From: Planktothrix sp. GU0601_MAG3
Lineage (GTDB): Bacteria; Cyanobacteriota; Cyanobacteriia; Cyanobacteriales; Microcoleaceae
Direction: 5' to 3'
NCBI GenBank assembly: GCA_035193785.1
Contig: CP136572.1
Span: forward strand, 4,952,464-4,984,463
Length of the DNA stretch: 32,000 nt
A model generated the notes under the pieces. The model saw only the letters and a list, made by a program, of their open reading frames with translations, made no database searches and was not told where the DNA came from. The position numbers were made by a program, and so were the translations under genes. Numbering within the stretch: position 1 is the first letter of the stretch; the number at the start of each line of letters is the position of its first letter. Of the stretch, positions 1 to 8,765 are shown piece after piece.

Positions 1-544
1 GCGGGATTATTTTTATTGAAACCTCCGGCTATTGTTCCGGCGCCCACTAACCCTAACAGTTTCAGTCCCGCAAGCGGGATTATTTTTATTGAAACCGGGA
101 GAACCGCCGCCCCGATATTTTTCTATTTAATGTTTCAGTCCCGCAAGCGGGATTATTTTTATTGAAACTTTCCTCCTTAAAAGGGTTTAAAGATTTTCCA
201 GAATTTGTTTCAGTCCCGCAAGCGGGATTATTTTTATTGAAACCATTTTATCAACCAGGATCTATTAGTGCGGGATCTGGTTTCAGTCCCGCAAGCGGGA
301 TTATTTTTATTGAAACCAATCATTTTTACCTCCTTTTGTTTACTCGTTTGTTTCCGTTGTTTCAGTCCCGCAAGCGGGATTATTTTTATTGAAACTATTA
401 AGCAAGACATCAAAGGGAACGACGGTAAATACTGTTTCAGTCCCGCAAGCGGGATTATTTTTATTGAAACTACTAGGTACTCTATCGTTTCGCTCATACC
501 ATTGCCAGTTTCAGTCCCGCAAGCGGGATTATTTTTATTGAAAC
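1..544 (-). CRISPR. CRISPR array running off the left edge: 8 copies (first partial) of the 37-bp repeat GTTTCAGTCCCGCAAGCGGGATTATTTTTATTGAAAC (+ strand), with 7 unique spacers of 36-42 bp
   Basis: Identical repeats at 1-22 (partial), 59-95, 132-168, 207-243, 280-316, 359-395, 434-470 and 508-544. Spacers at 23-58, 96-131, 169-206, 244-279, 317-358, 396-433 and 471-507 show no similarity to each other. The repeat contains the palindrome CCCGCAAGCGGG. On the minus strand it reads ...AATCCCGCTTGCGGGACTGAAAC, a hairpin directly followed by an 8-nt ACTGAAAC tag. That matches my recollection of Cas6-processed cyanobacterial type I-D/III repeats, so minus-strand transcription is inferred. No cas gene is in the window. 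Confidence 0.97.
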
Positions 545-814
545 TCTGCCGTTTGAAAGCCTGATGGGGCGGTGATTCTGGAGCCCATTTTCGTGAACCT
601 CAAAAATTGCCTCATTTGGGCCCTCGTTATTGCAACAGATTATCAATAACTAACCGGACTCAAAAATATAAACTATTGATTTGTCAAGGTTCTAGGGTTT
701 TTCGTGAACCCCCCCAGGATTTCGCCCCCGCTTAGGTTCACGAAAATCATAATAAACCGAAACAATTTTCTTGTCAAGGGGAATCTTATATGATATTGCG
801 ATCGCCCCCCACCC
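545..814 (-). promoter_or_regulatory. Putative CRISPR leader between the glyS stop and the last perfect repeat
   Basis: A non-coding AT-rich 270 bp adjoins a fully conserved terminal repeat (508-544). Orientation follows from repeat structure. It contains three copies of a 12-nt motif (TTTTCGTGAACC at 588-599 and 699-710, inverted as GGTTCACGAAAA at 735-746) and two CCTTGACAA boxes on the minus strand. Confidence 0.4.
749..777 (-). promoter_or_regulatory. Sigma70-type promoter on the minus strand, TTGACA - 17 nt - TATTAT, firing toward the CRISPR array
   Basis: The minus strand reads ccTTGACAagaaaattgtttcggttTATTATgattttcg. The -35 box is the complement of 772-777 and the -10 box the complement of 749-754, with exactly 17 nt between them. 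It lies just downstream of the glyS stop and about 200 nt upstream of the first repeat in the inferred transcription direction. Confidence 0.4.
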
Positions 815-2968
815 TTAACTTTTAACAATTGCCCCAAAATCCGCCAAAACCCGGGCATGATTTCTTAATAATCCCAATAAATTTAACCGATTACGTTGAA
901 TATTCGGATCATCATCCATTACTAAAACACTTTCGGGGCCATCAAAAAAACCGCTCACCGTTGGGGTAATTTCTGCCAAGGCTTCCACCAATTGACGATA
1001 ATTTCTGGTGGCTTGAGAGGCTTGGGTTTGGGGAACTAACTGTACTAAAGCCTGATAGAATTGCCGTTCTGAGGACTTTTGAAATAACTCAGGATTAACC
1101 GTCATTTCCGGTTGCAATTCTAGGGTGTTTAAATCCCCTTGTTTCGCCAAACGGGTCGAACGATTAACGGTTTCATAAATTTGGTTTAAACTGCCATCTT
1201 GCCGAATAGTTTGGAGGAATAAAGCCCGATCTCTAACGTCTAATAAATCCTTTAAAGCCCGTTCTTGATATTCCAGATCATTCTCTCCTAAAACCGCATT
1301 CACCAAATCATAATCAATGGCTTTTTCATCCTGTAATAAGGTTCTAATTCGTTGCAGGAAAAAATCATATAATTCATGGTTTAATCCTAAAATTGCATTG
1401 GGAAAGGTATTAACAAAATCCACCGCAATTTGTTTCAGAAGTTGATATAAATTTAGGGGTAAATCCGCCGCCCAAATAATATTAACCACCGCATTCGCCG
1501 CCCGACGCAAGGCAAAGGGATCGGAGGAACCCGTGGGTAACATTCCCAAACCAAAAATACTAACTAAAGTATCGAGTTTATCCGCTAAACCGACTACTTG
1601 ACCGACTAGGGTTTGGGGTAAATTATCCGTAGCATTCCGGGGTAAATAATGTTCAAAAATTGCCGTTGCTACCGCTTCGGGTTCTCCCCCTGCCCTGGCA
1701 TATTTTTCCCCCATTATACCTTGTAATTCGGGAAATTCATAGACCATTTGGGTAACTAAATCCGCCTTAGATAATAACGCAGCCCGTTGAATTAAACTGC
1801 GGTCAGATTCACTAATATTAAGTTGTTCACTGATCCAATTAGCAATTTTACCAATCCGATTCACCTTATCCCGAACTGAACCTAAATCCTCTTGAAAAGT
1901 CACCGCTTCTAGGGAGGGTAAATAGCTTTCTAAGGGATTTTTTAAATCGGATTGATAGAAAAACTGTCCATCGGCTAACCGTGCCCGAATTACCCTTTCA
2001 TTTCCCGCCGCAATTAGATCGGATTTCGCCGGATCTCCATTGGAAATCGTAATAAAATAGGGCTTTAAGGGCGATATATTTTTAGTTTCCTTTGTTAATA
2101 CTGGAAAGTACCGTTGATGGGTCACCATGACGGTTTTAATCACCTCTGCGGGTAAATTCAAAAATTCCTGGTCAAAGGTTCCGACAACGGCCGTCGGCCA
2201 TTCCACTAAATTAACTACTTCTGCTAATAAATCTTCGGGAATTTCAGCCTCTCCCCCCACACTATTCGCCGCGATTTTAACTTCTTTTTGAATAGTCTGA
2301 ATTCGTTCCTGGGGGTCAACTTGAACAAAGGCTTTTTTCAGGGATTCGGCATAGATTTCAGGGTGGGAAATAGTAATCGGTTCGGGATGTAAAACCCGAT
2401 GTCCTTGGGAAATGCGATCGCTTGTAACTACCTCCGAACCACTAACTAAGGTAATCGGTAAAACCTGATTATCTAATAATGCAATTAACCAACGAATCGG
2501 CCGGGGAAACTTCAAATCCCCATCCCCCCAACGCATAAACCGTTTCCCTTCTAATTTGGTAATCCATTCTGATGTTAATTCGACTAAAATTTCCGCCGTT
2601 AATCGACCCGGAATTTTCTTTAAAACAAAGACAAAATCTCCTTTGGAAGTGGGACGAATTTCTAAATCTTCTAAATTCACGCCCTGTTTTTTAATAAATC
2701 CTGTCGCCGCCGGAGTGGGTTTTCCATCTTTAAATGCTGTAGTCGCCGGAGGGCCCTTGATTTCTTCTTCCCGGTCGGGTTGGTGGCTAGGAAGTCCCTC
2801 AATTAAGACTGCTAACCGTCGCGGTGTTCCCCAAACTTGAACCGACTCGACACTTAAAAACTGTTCTTTGAGACTAGCAGGAATTTTCTGTTTCCACTGT
2901 TGAATAGCGGTTTCAACAAAGGTGGCTGGTAATTCTTCTGTGCCCACTTCCAGTAAAAAACTAACCAT
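815..2968 (-). CDS. glyS: Glycine--tRNA ligase beta subunit
   Basis: Uninterrupted 717-aa ORF. The N-terminus [18 protein letters not shown] and overall length are typical of GlyS beta subunits. It contains intact GTTTC pentamers (1141-1145, 1432-1436) and GAAC (1158-1161) without frame problems. Confidence 0.95.
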   Translation of the reverse strand: MVSFLLEVGTEELPATFVETAIQQWKQKIPASLKEQFLSVESVQVWGTPRRLAVLIEGLPSHQPDREEEIKGPPATTAFKDGKPTPAATGFIKKQGVNLEDLEIRPTSKGDFVFVLKKIPGRLTAEILVELTSEWITKLEGKRFMRWGDGDLKFPRPIRWLIALLDNQVLPITLVSGSEVVTSDRISQGHRVLHPEPITISHPEIYAESLKKAFVQVDPQERIQTIQKEVKIAANSVGGEAEIPEDLLAEVVNLVEWPTAVVGTFDQEFLNLPAEVIKTVMVTHQRYFPVLTKETKNISPLKPYFITISNGDPAKSDLIAAGNERVIRARLADGQFFYQSDLKNPLESYLPSLEAVTFQEDLGSVRDKVNRIGKIANWISEQLNISESDRSLIQRAALLSKADLVTQMVYEFPELQGIMGEKYARAGGEPEAVATAIFEHYLPRNATDNLPQTLVGQVVGLADKLDTLVSIFGLGMLPTGSSDPFALRRAANAVVNIIWAADLPLNLYQLLKQIAVDFVNTFPNAILGLNHELYDFFLQRIRTLLQDEKAIDYDLVNAVLGENDLEYQERALKDLLDVRDRALFLQTIRQDGSLNQIYETVNRSTRLAKQGDLNTLELQPEMTVNPELFQKSSERQFYQALVQLVPQTQASQATRNYRQLVEALAEITPTVSGFFDGPESVLVMDDDPNIQRNRLNLLGLLRNHARVLADFGAIVKS

Positions 2969-3083
2969 AGGAAATTTTATAAAGAATGTTACTAAGACAA
3001 TTAAGGTGACAAATAATTACCATAGCAGGTTGGGGGGTCATTTCTCAAGGGTTAATCATTTTTTGAGAATTTTTAACCCCCGT

Positions 3084-3107
3084 GGAGACGCGCCATGGCA
3101 CGTCTCT
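3084..3107. repeat. 24-nt near-perfect palindrome GGAGACGCGCCATGGCACGTCTCT centred on an NcoI-like CCATGG
   Basis: The self-complementarity can be read directly, with one C/A mismatch. It lies between the Uma2 stop (3129) and the glyS start (2968). It resembles the short palindromic intergenic elements common in cyanobacteria and may act as a stem-loop after the Uma2 gene. Confidence 0.5.
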
Positions 3108-3128
3108 ACAGGATTTTTGGAAGTATCT

Positions 3129-3803
3129 TTATTCCGTGGGTTCGATGCCGAAAGATCGCAATTGTTCGGCTAAACGTTCAGCCCGATTTTGTGCTTGTAA
3201 TGCTGCTTCTTCTGGTGTCGGAATCAGATCACCTTCTAGGGTGAAATATCGGAGTTTTTCTTGATAAATACCCAAGAATAATCCTAACACTTGACTTTCT
3301 AATAATCCGGCAGCATTGGGGATAATTTCTTGATATTCCTGTCCGACTAATTTGAAACCTGTTAGTTCTAAATCATCGGGAGAAAACCAGAAATATTCCT
3401 GGGTTCTAAATTGATCTTGATATAAATTCTTTTTAGTCGTTTTATCGGTTTCTGCCGTTGAATTAGAGAGAAGTTCAATAATTAAATCGGGATATTTCCC
3501 TTCTTCTTCCCAAACTACCCAGGATTTTCTCGGAAGTTTAGAGGTATTTTTCACTAGGAAAAAATCTGGCCCGCGAAAGTCTCGATTTCTCAGTTGTTGA
3601 CGACTAAAATAGATGGTTAAATTTGCCCCAATAAAATAATCTGTTCTATCTTTCCATAACCAATCTAAACAAGACACTAATAACGCTAACTGGAGATAGT
3701 GTAATGTACTTTCCATTTCTACATACTCACTTTCAACTTGAGTACCATCGGGCATTAATGCCTCTAGTTGTTCTGCGGTAATTGACATTTTTTTCCTCCT
3801 CAT
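3129..3803 (-). CDS. Uma2-family (DUF820) putative restriction-like endonuclease
   Basis: The 224-aa ORF has the pattern YFIGANLTIYF...RGPDFFLV...PDLIIELLS typical of the Uma2/DUF820 PD-(D/E)XK family that is expanded in cyanobacteria. The true start is probably the MSITAEQ methionine at 3788. Confidence 0.8.
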   Translation of the reverse strand: MRRKKMSITAEQLEALMPDGTQVESEYVEMESTLHYLQLALLVSCLDWLWKDRTDYFIGANLTIYFSRQQLRNRDFRGPDFFLVKNTSKLPRKSWVVWEEEGKYPDLIIELLSNSTAETDKTTKKNLYQDQFRTQEYFWFSPDDLELTGFKLVGQEYQEIIPNAAGLLESQVLGLFLGIYQEKLRYFTLEGDLIPTPEEAALQAQNRAERLAEQLRSFGIEPTE

Positions 3804-3835
3804 TTGAGGTTGGCTTAATTTATTATATCAAATTT

Positions 3836-5186
3836 TCAATGCTCAATCATTTGTTCTAAAGATTCTTGCAAATCCCTGGTTAAGTTAGCAACTGCTTGAC
3901 GACGGTTTGTTTGATAATCTGACCATTTTTGGGTGACAGAAATCGGTTTACCAATTGTTAATTTAGCGCGTTTTTTTCCTAAATAGGGACGTTTTAGGGG
4001 GGTTTCTCCCTTTAACCGATTTACCATTGTCCAAACAATTAAAGTTGTTTCTGCGAAGCGATCAAAGGTGGGATTTTCTTTAATATAACTACCTGTTACC
4101 CCCACAAAACTTTCTACTAATCTCATATTCCACATTCGCAAACTGGCTTCGGTTGCCACCCGATCTGCTAATCCCAATTCTACCGCCGACCAGGTATCAT
4201 TAGCCTTGAGATCATAGCGATAAATACAATCCCAGCCCGCCTGTTCTAAGCGACGACAACGACTACTTAAATCTCCCATGGGTTTGAGATTAAAATATTC
4301 TTCAGCCACGGTTAGGGCAATATCTAATAATCGTTTAATTCTATCTGGAAAATCTATAGTTTCATCTTGGGGAATACTCCGATAATAGAATTGGCGATAA
4401 AAATTTTCCATTGTATCTAATAGATAGTTTCCTAATCGAATTAAACGGCTATATAGAGACGCAACGGTTAATTCTGGGCTAGATAGGGGTAGGTTACAAT
4501 CCCTTTCTAATTGGGAAATTAATTTTTCTAAATCTTCCCAATTGTCCTGAATATAAAAATACTGTATGCCAATGGGAACTAAATAAACATCTTCCGGTCG
4601 TGCAGCTTTTTTTAAATCTTCCACACACCAAAATCCTAATTGAGAAATTCCGGGTTTCTAAGGGACTAATATTTTGATTATGTCCATTGGTTGCTCCTTC
4701 CGGTGCGGCGGCTAAAGGAAATTGACCATTAATAAATAAATCCCGGGCTGAACGCAATCCTAAACGGTCAACTTTCCCCCTTAAAATTGGTGTTCCTCCT
4801 AATTTTGGAAATAGCCAAGAAACTAAGTTTCCTGCCCATAAAGGAATCCCTCGATCATACATAAAATGGGCATGAATTGGATTAGATAGGACAATTTCCT
4901 GTTGTTTTGCTGTCTCAGGAACAAATCGCCATAATAATTGACTAAGACAATAGGGATCATCCGTATTTGGATGACGAAAAGCCAATAAAAATCTAACTTT
5001 TCCGCTTTGAAATTGTTGATAAAGATTAACTAATCGTTCAATTTGTTCTATCTTAATTTCAACTAATGGGGTTTTCCATCTCATCCAAAAGGGCATCCCC
5101 CATTGGCAAACTTTTAACACTAAAGGATTAAAATGGGGCGGGATAAAATCTAGGGTGGGTTGTATATTTTTAATGATATTTACCAT
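3836..5186 (-). pseudogene. PlsC-type (HX4D) acyltransferase family protein, frame broken once
   Basis: The N-terminal ORF (4494-5186) carries FRHPNTDD (the HX4D motif) and AAPEGATNG. The C-terminal ORF (3836-4624) continues in the +1 frame. The break is at + strand GTTTC 4654-4658 (sense GAAAC). Removing one A gives ...NISPLE-PGISQLGFWCVEDLKKA..., a continuous protein of about 450 aa. Confidence 0.8.
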
Positions 5187-5645
5187 AAATTAGGGTTGAA
5201 TCAATTTAATAAGTATAGCAAGAGGCAATCTTGCTATAGGCAATCTTGCTATAGGTAAATACTTACTATGAGCAGCTTTTAGCTTTTAAGAATGTCCTAA
5301 CAGATGTGGCAACTGCTATATTAAAGGGGATTGAACTTAATCTATTATTATAGCAATTTCTCAGGATTTTGTTGTAATATTTGATTCCAGGGATTTCGGA
5401 TCAAACCTCTATTCTAGTTTGGGTTTGCAGGGACATCAATCCTAGATTTTTTGATAATTCCCGACCCTAAATTAAGTAAAAAGACTTATCATAGAACCCT
5501 TGAATTGTTCTGTCAAGTTATAAAATTTAACCACAATTCGTTACAATGACAACCAAACTTTAGCTCTAAAAACGGTTTGCTTTAAAAGGACAAATTATCA
5601 AGTTTTCACTTAGAAGGCAGGTAGAAAGGATGAAACCCCACCGAC

Positions 5646-6263
5646 TTGAATCAAGCATTTCAACATGGTTATTGTTTTCAAACTACCCTTGATCAGCATA
5701 GCGAGCAAGTTACCTATTCCGTCCATACCCTCGGTGAATTAGTTTTAACCTCTGGAAAAATTGCCGTTTGTGATCCTTTGGTTGTCCCTAATTCTCATCT
5801 GTGTTTGACTCAAACTCTGGCCGCGGGTCGTTATCCGGTGAAACTGAGTATCGCTACATTCCATGACCAAAAAGAACAAAGGGTCGCCTATGCCATGTTA
5901 GTCATTCGGGATCAAGCTGCGGTGCGATGGGAATTGGTGCTATCTTCTCAAAGGGATCAAGAATCGGGTTATTCCGTCACTTCTGGGACAGGATGTTTTA
6001 TGGATGGGGAAGGGGTCAAATACCTATCTTCCCTTTCTGATGGTGAGTTTGAAAGTTATTATAATCGTTTGGATCAGGCCTTAGATCAAAACTATCTTGA
6101 TACCTGGGATTGGACAAATTTCTGTTTCAATGAATCAACCGGATTGAATATTATTGCCTTTCATTCCGGTTGGGGAGAGGGTTGTTATCCCTCCTATTGG
6201 GGTTATGATTCCCAGGGAAATCCGGTCTGTTTAGTCACGGATTTTAGGCTTTGGGACTCGTGA
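5646..6263 (+). CDS. DUF4241-like hypothetical protein
   Basis: The 205-aa ORF has LTSGKIAVCDP, GTGCFMD and AFHSGWGEGCYPSYWGYD motifs, which I recall as DUF4241. As given it starts on TTG. An ATG at 5630 becomes in-frame (MNPTDLNQAFQ...) if one A of GAAAC 5632-5636 is removed. Confidence 0.6.
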   Translation: MNQAFQHGYCFQTTLDQHSEQVTYSVHTLGELVLTSGKIAVCDPLVVPNSHLCLTQTLAAGRYPVKLSIATFHDQKEQRVAYAMLVIRDQAAVRWELVLSSQRDQESGYSVTSGTGCFMDGEGVKYLSSLSDGEFESYYNRLDQALDQNYLDTWDWTNFCFNESTGLNIIAFHSGWGEGCYPSYWGYDSQGNPVCLVTDFRLWDS

Positions 6264-6801
6264 GGGGATCAACTACTTCCAATAGGGTTTGAATACTGGC
6301 ATTGTAATCAAAAAAGGAAAACAAATGTTTATATTTCAAGATGCCCTTTTTGTCTAAGACAAACTGCCCAGGTAAGGGCGCCCCCAGGGCTTGTCCCACA
6401 TGATATAACTGAAAAATGCCACAGCTTGGATTACTCAGCAATGGCATTTTCAACCCCAGATCTTTGACTACAATTTTGCTTTGGCGTTCATCGGTACTGG
6501 TAATCAGTAAAACTTCTATTCCCCTTTGCACAAAGGCTTCATAATTTTCATTCAGCGCTCTAACATGGGGATAACACCAGGGACAATATTGTTTTTCGGT
6601 AAAAATGCGCGTAAAGGCTAAAATTACTGGGCGATCGCCTCGAAATTGAGATAAACGCACTAATTGACCATTGGTAATATCGGGTAATTGAAAATCGGGG
6701 GTTTTCGACCCTAACTGTAAATTGCTAGTGGCCGGGATCGGAAAAAAGTTATTCCAAAATCGACGATTAATTAAACCGGTAAAATCGTTAGAAGTCAGCA
6801 T
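6244..6801 (-). CDS. Thioredoxin-fold redoxin / AhpC-TSA family protein with CPWC motif
   Basis: The 185-aa intact ORF has PDFQLPD...G..V.L..F.G...VILAF followed by QYCPWCYPH, a peroxiredoxin/thiol-disulfide oxidoreductase architecture. Confidence 0.75.
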   Translation of the reverse strand: MLTSNDFTGLINRRFWNNFFPIPATSNLQLGSKTPDFQLPDITNGQLVRLSQFRGDRPVILAFTRIFTEKQYCPWCYPHVRALNENYEAFVQRGIEVLLITSTDERQSKIVVKDLGLKMPLLSNPSCGIFQLYHVGQALGAPLPGQFVLDKKGILKYKHLFSFFDYNASIQTLLEVVDPLTSPKA

Positions 6802-6913
6802 AATAGTTTGTTGTTTGTACTCATCTTAGTTTAAAACAATCTTACAAAATCAATGAAACCCGCCTTTACATCATGGTAAAAACGGGCTTTTAAATCCGGT
6901 CTAAAAGGTGATC

Positions 6914-7508
6914 CTAGACCGCAGCAAAGAATTCTTTAGATTTGACGGGATCGGGGATCATGGTTTTGTCGCCCGGTTGCCAACCCGCAGGACAGACTTC
7001 ATCGGGATGAGCTTGAACATATTGCAGGGCTTGCAGTGTCCGCAGAGTCTCGTCCACGTTACGACCAAAGGCGAGGTTATTGATCGTGGAGTGTTGAATT
7101 ACCCCTTCTTTGTCAATGATAAACAGACCGCGCAGAGCAATTCCGGCTTCAGGATCAAGCACGTTATAGGCAGTGCTGATTTCTTTTTTCAGGTCAGCCA
7201 CCAGAGGATAGTTGAGGTCGCCCACACCACCAGATTTGCGATCGGATTGAATCCAAGCGAGGTGAGAAAAGGCGCTATCGACGGAAACCCCAAGAATTTG
7301 AGTATTGAGTTTGCTGAATTCTTCGGCGCGATCGCTAAAGGCCGTAATTTCAGTTGGGCAAACAAAGGTAAAGTCTAACGGGTAGAAGAACAGAAACCAC
7401 ATACTTACCCCGATAGTCGGACAGGGAAATGTCTTTGAATTCTTGGTCAACAACGGCCGTTGCTTTAAAATCCGGGGCGACTTGGCCAACACGCAGGCTC
7501 TCAGCCAT
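6914..7508 (-). pseudogene. Typical 2-Cys peroxiredoxin (AhpC/Prx1 type), frame broken near codon 38
   Basis: [15 protein letters not shown] and the C-terminal EVCPAGW are the two catalytic-Cys motifs. The real N-terminus [38 protein letters not shown] starts at ATG 7508 in another frame. The break is at + strand GAAAC 7393-7397 (sense GTTTC). Removing one T gives ...[19 protein letters not shown]. Confidence 0.9.
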
Positions 7509-7849
7509 GAATAATACTCCTTAAACTGACGATAGTATAGTTTCGTTGCAGAAAATCAGGACAATTTTGATCCCGATCGTCTGGCTATTTTACGATTTGT
7601 TACAAATATATCATAGTCGAAATGAGTACAGTTAGACAAGACTAAGTTGTAGGATTTGAGCAAAGGGAAGTCCCAGGCCCCTCAGATGTCTGTCCCCCAG
7701 TACCGTTATATAGGGAACAGGGAATAGGGAACACCGGATCTGGGTAGAGGATTTGTAATTAATTTTGTTTAGGTACTTACATCATTACTTCATAAAAATT
7801 TTATATTTTGTTTGACAAAAATAGAAATAACTCTGCCAAAATTCAGACT

Positions 7850-7888
7850 AAAAATGAAGGGTACAGATCAACTGCACCCTTTATTTTA
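7850..7888 (-). terminator. Stem-loop with flanking T-runs on both strands, a likely intrinsic terminator after the 77-aa ORF
   Basis: AAGGGTACAG-atcaa-CTGCACCCTT (7857-7881) forms a 10-bp stem with one mismatch. It is followed by TTTATTTT on the + strand and CATTTTT on the minus strand. Confidence 0.5.
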
Positions 7889-7908
7889 GTAATTCTATAT
7901 TTGGGCTA

Positions 7909-8142
7909 TTATCCAGCTTTTTTGTCAGTTCCCGGATGTTTTTTACTCTCTCGAAGTTGTTCCCACAAAGTTTCAATTTGCACATAAGATTCTTCTGCTG
8001 AAAGTTTTCCCCCGGTTTGCAGACAAACAATAAAGTCTACCTTTTTAGCAAATTCCTGCAAATTAGCATTAAACAAGATATTTTCAGGTGTAGCATTGCC
8101 GCGATAACGAGAATCCCAATAAAAAGAACCTAGGTTGGTCAT
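7909..8142 (-). CDS. Small hypothetical protein (77 aa)
   Basis: Intact ORF (MTNLGSFYWDSRYRG...LQEFAKKVDFIVCLQTGGKLSAEESY...). It sits last in a same-strand run of chelatase, ArsR and this ORF, and a terminator follows. No family recognised with certainty. Confidence 0.5.
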   Translation of the reverse strand: MTNLGSFYWDSRYRGNATPENILFNANLQEFAKKVDFIVCLQTGGKLSAEESYVQIETLWEQLRESKKHPGTDKKAG

Positions 8143-8304
8143 TGGTCTCAGACTCCAGTTTACATCATGGTTTATTTTTACATAGAATGCCGGATTTTGA
8201 ATCGGCTTACAAAGTATACTTTGATACTTTAATTATGGTTCCATCAATTCCATTCAGTGTTTGTTAAAAAGAATACAATTCTATTAACAACTATACAATT
8301 TACC

Positions 8305-8556
8305 TTAATCACAATCTGAGTGAGAGGTGGGAATGGGACTCGAATGGTAATGCTCGGCTAAATAGGCTTCTAGGACACCAAACTGGCTGGGGTTTAGACG
8401 ATAGTAAATCCAACGTCCCTCTTGCCGACTGCCCAATAATCCAGCCTCCTTCAAGATTTTTAAGTGAAAAGATAGTTTAGACTGATTGACGGCTAACTGT
8501 TCGCAAAGTTCACAAACACACAATTCTTGTTCTCGTAACAGATTGATGACCTGCAA
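8305..8556 (-). CDS. ArsR/SmtB-family transcriptional regulator (N-terminus probably extends to 8647)
   Basis: It has the winged-helix signature ELCVCELCEQLAVNQSKLSFHLKILKEAGLL...GRWIYYRL. The same frame is open upstream (FHALSDPLRLQVINLL) but lacks a start codon. ATG 8647 joins in-frame (MVANIVIEV-LRFPAVKTVLAGFHALSDP) if one base of + strand GAAAC 8619-8623 is removed. Confidence 0.8.
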   Translation of the reverse strand: MQVINLLREQELCVCELCEQLAVNQSKLSFHLKILKEAGLLGSRQEGRWIYYRLNPSQFGVLEAYLAEHYHSSPIPTSHSDCD

Positions 8557-8765
8557 ACGCAGAGGGTCAGATAGGGCATGAAAACCAGCCAGAACAGTTT
8601 TGACGGCGGGAAACCGCAGAAACCTCTATCACAATGTTTGCAACCATCAACGCTCTCCTAAATCGCGGTCAATAGCTCTAGCTTATCATTTTATTTTCGT
8701 CACTTGTAAAGGGCGAAAAGAAAGGAGACACAAAGGTACTAATAAACGAAGATACCGGAGTAAGA

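Noticed and set aside
1-544. A link between the CRISPR repeat termini (GTTTC...GAAAC) and the frameshift pentamer
   Set aside because: GTTTC/GAAAC ends are common to many CRISPR repeat families. No spacer visibly matches the affected sites, and I see no mechanism. It is regarded as coincidence unless genome-wide data say otherwise.
162-564. Three overlapping ORFs (162-392 +, 234-497 -, 268-564 +)
   Set aside because: They lie entirely within the CRISPR array. Their peptides repeat with the 37-bp repeat (e.g. SPASGIIFIET).
3138-3149. tRNA T-arm-like GGGTTCGATGCC
   Set aside because: No acceptor, D or anticodon arms can be built around it. It lies inside the Uma2 coding sequence.
2556-3264. 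Plus-strand ORFs 2556-2840, 2922-3173 and 3082-3264
   Set aside because: They are antisense to glyS or Uma2, or span the intergenic palindrome. None has coding features.
6908-7378. 156-aa plus-strand ORF
   Set aside because: It is antisense to the strongly conserved 2-Cys peroxiredoxin gene and has no recognisable motifs.
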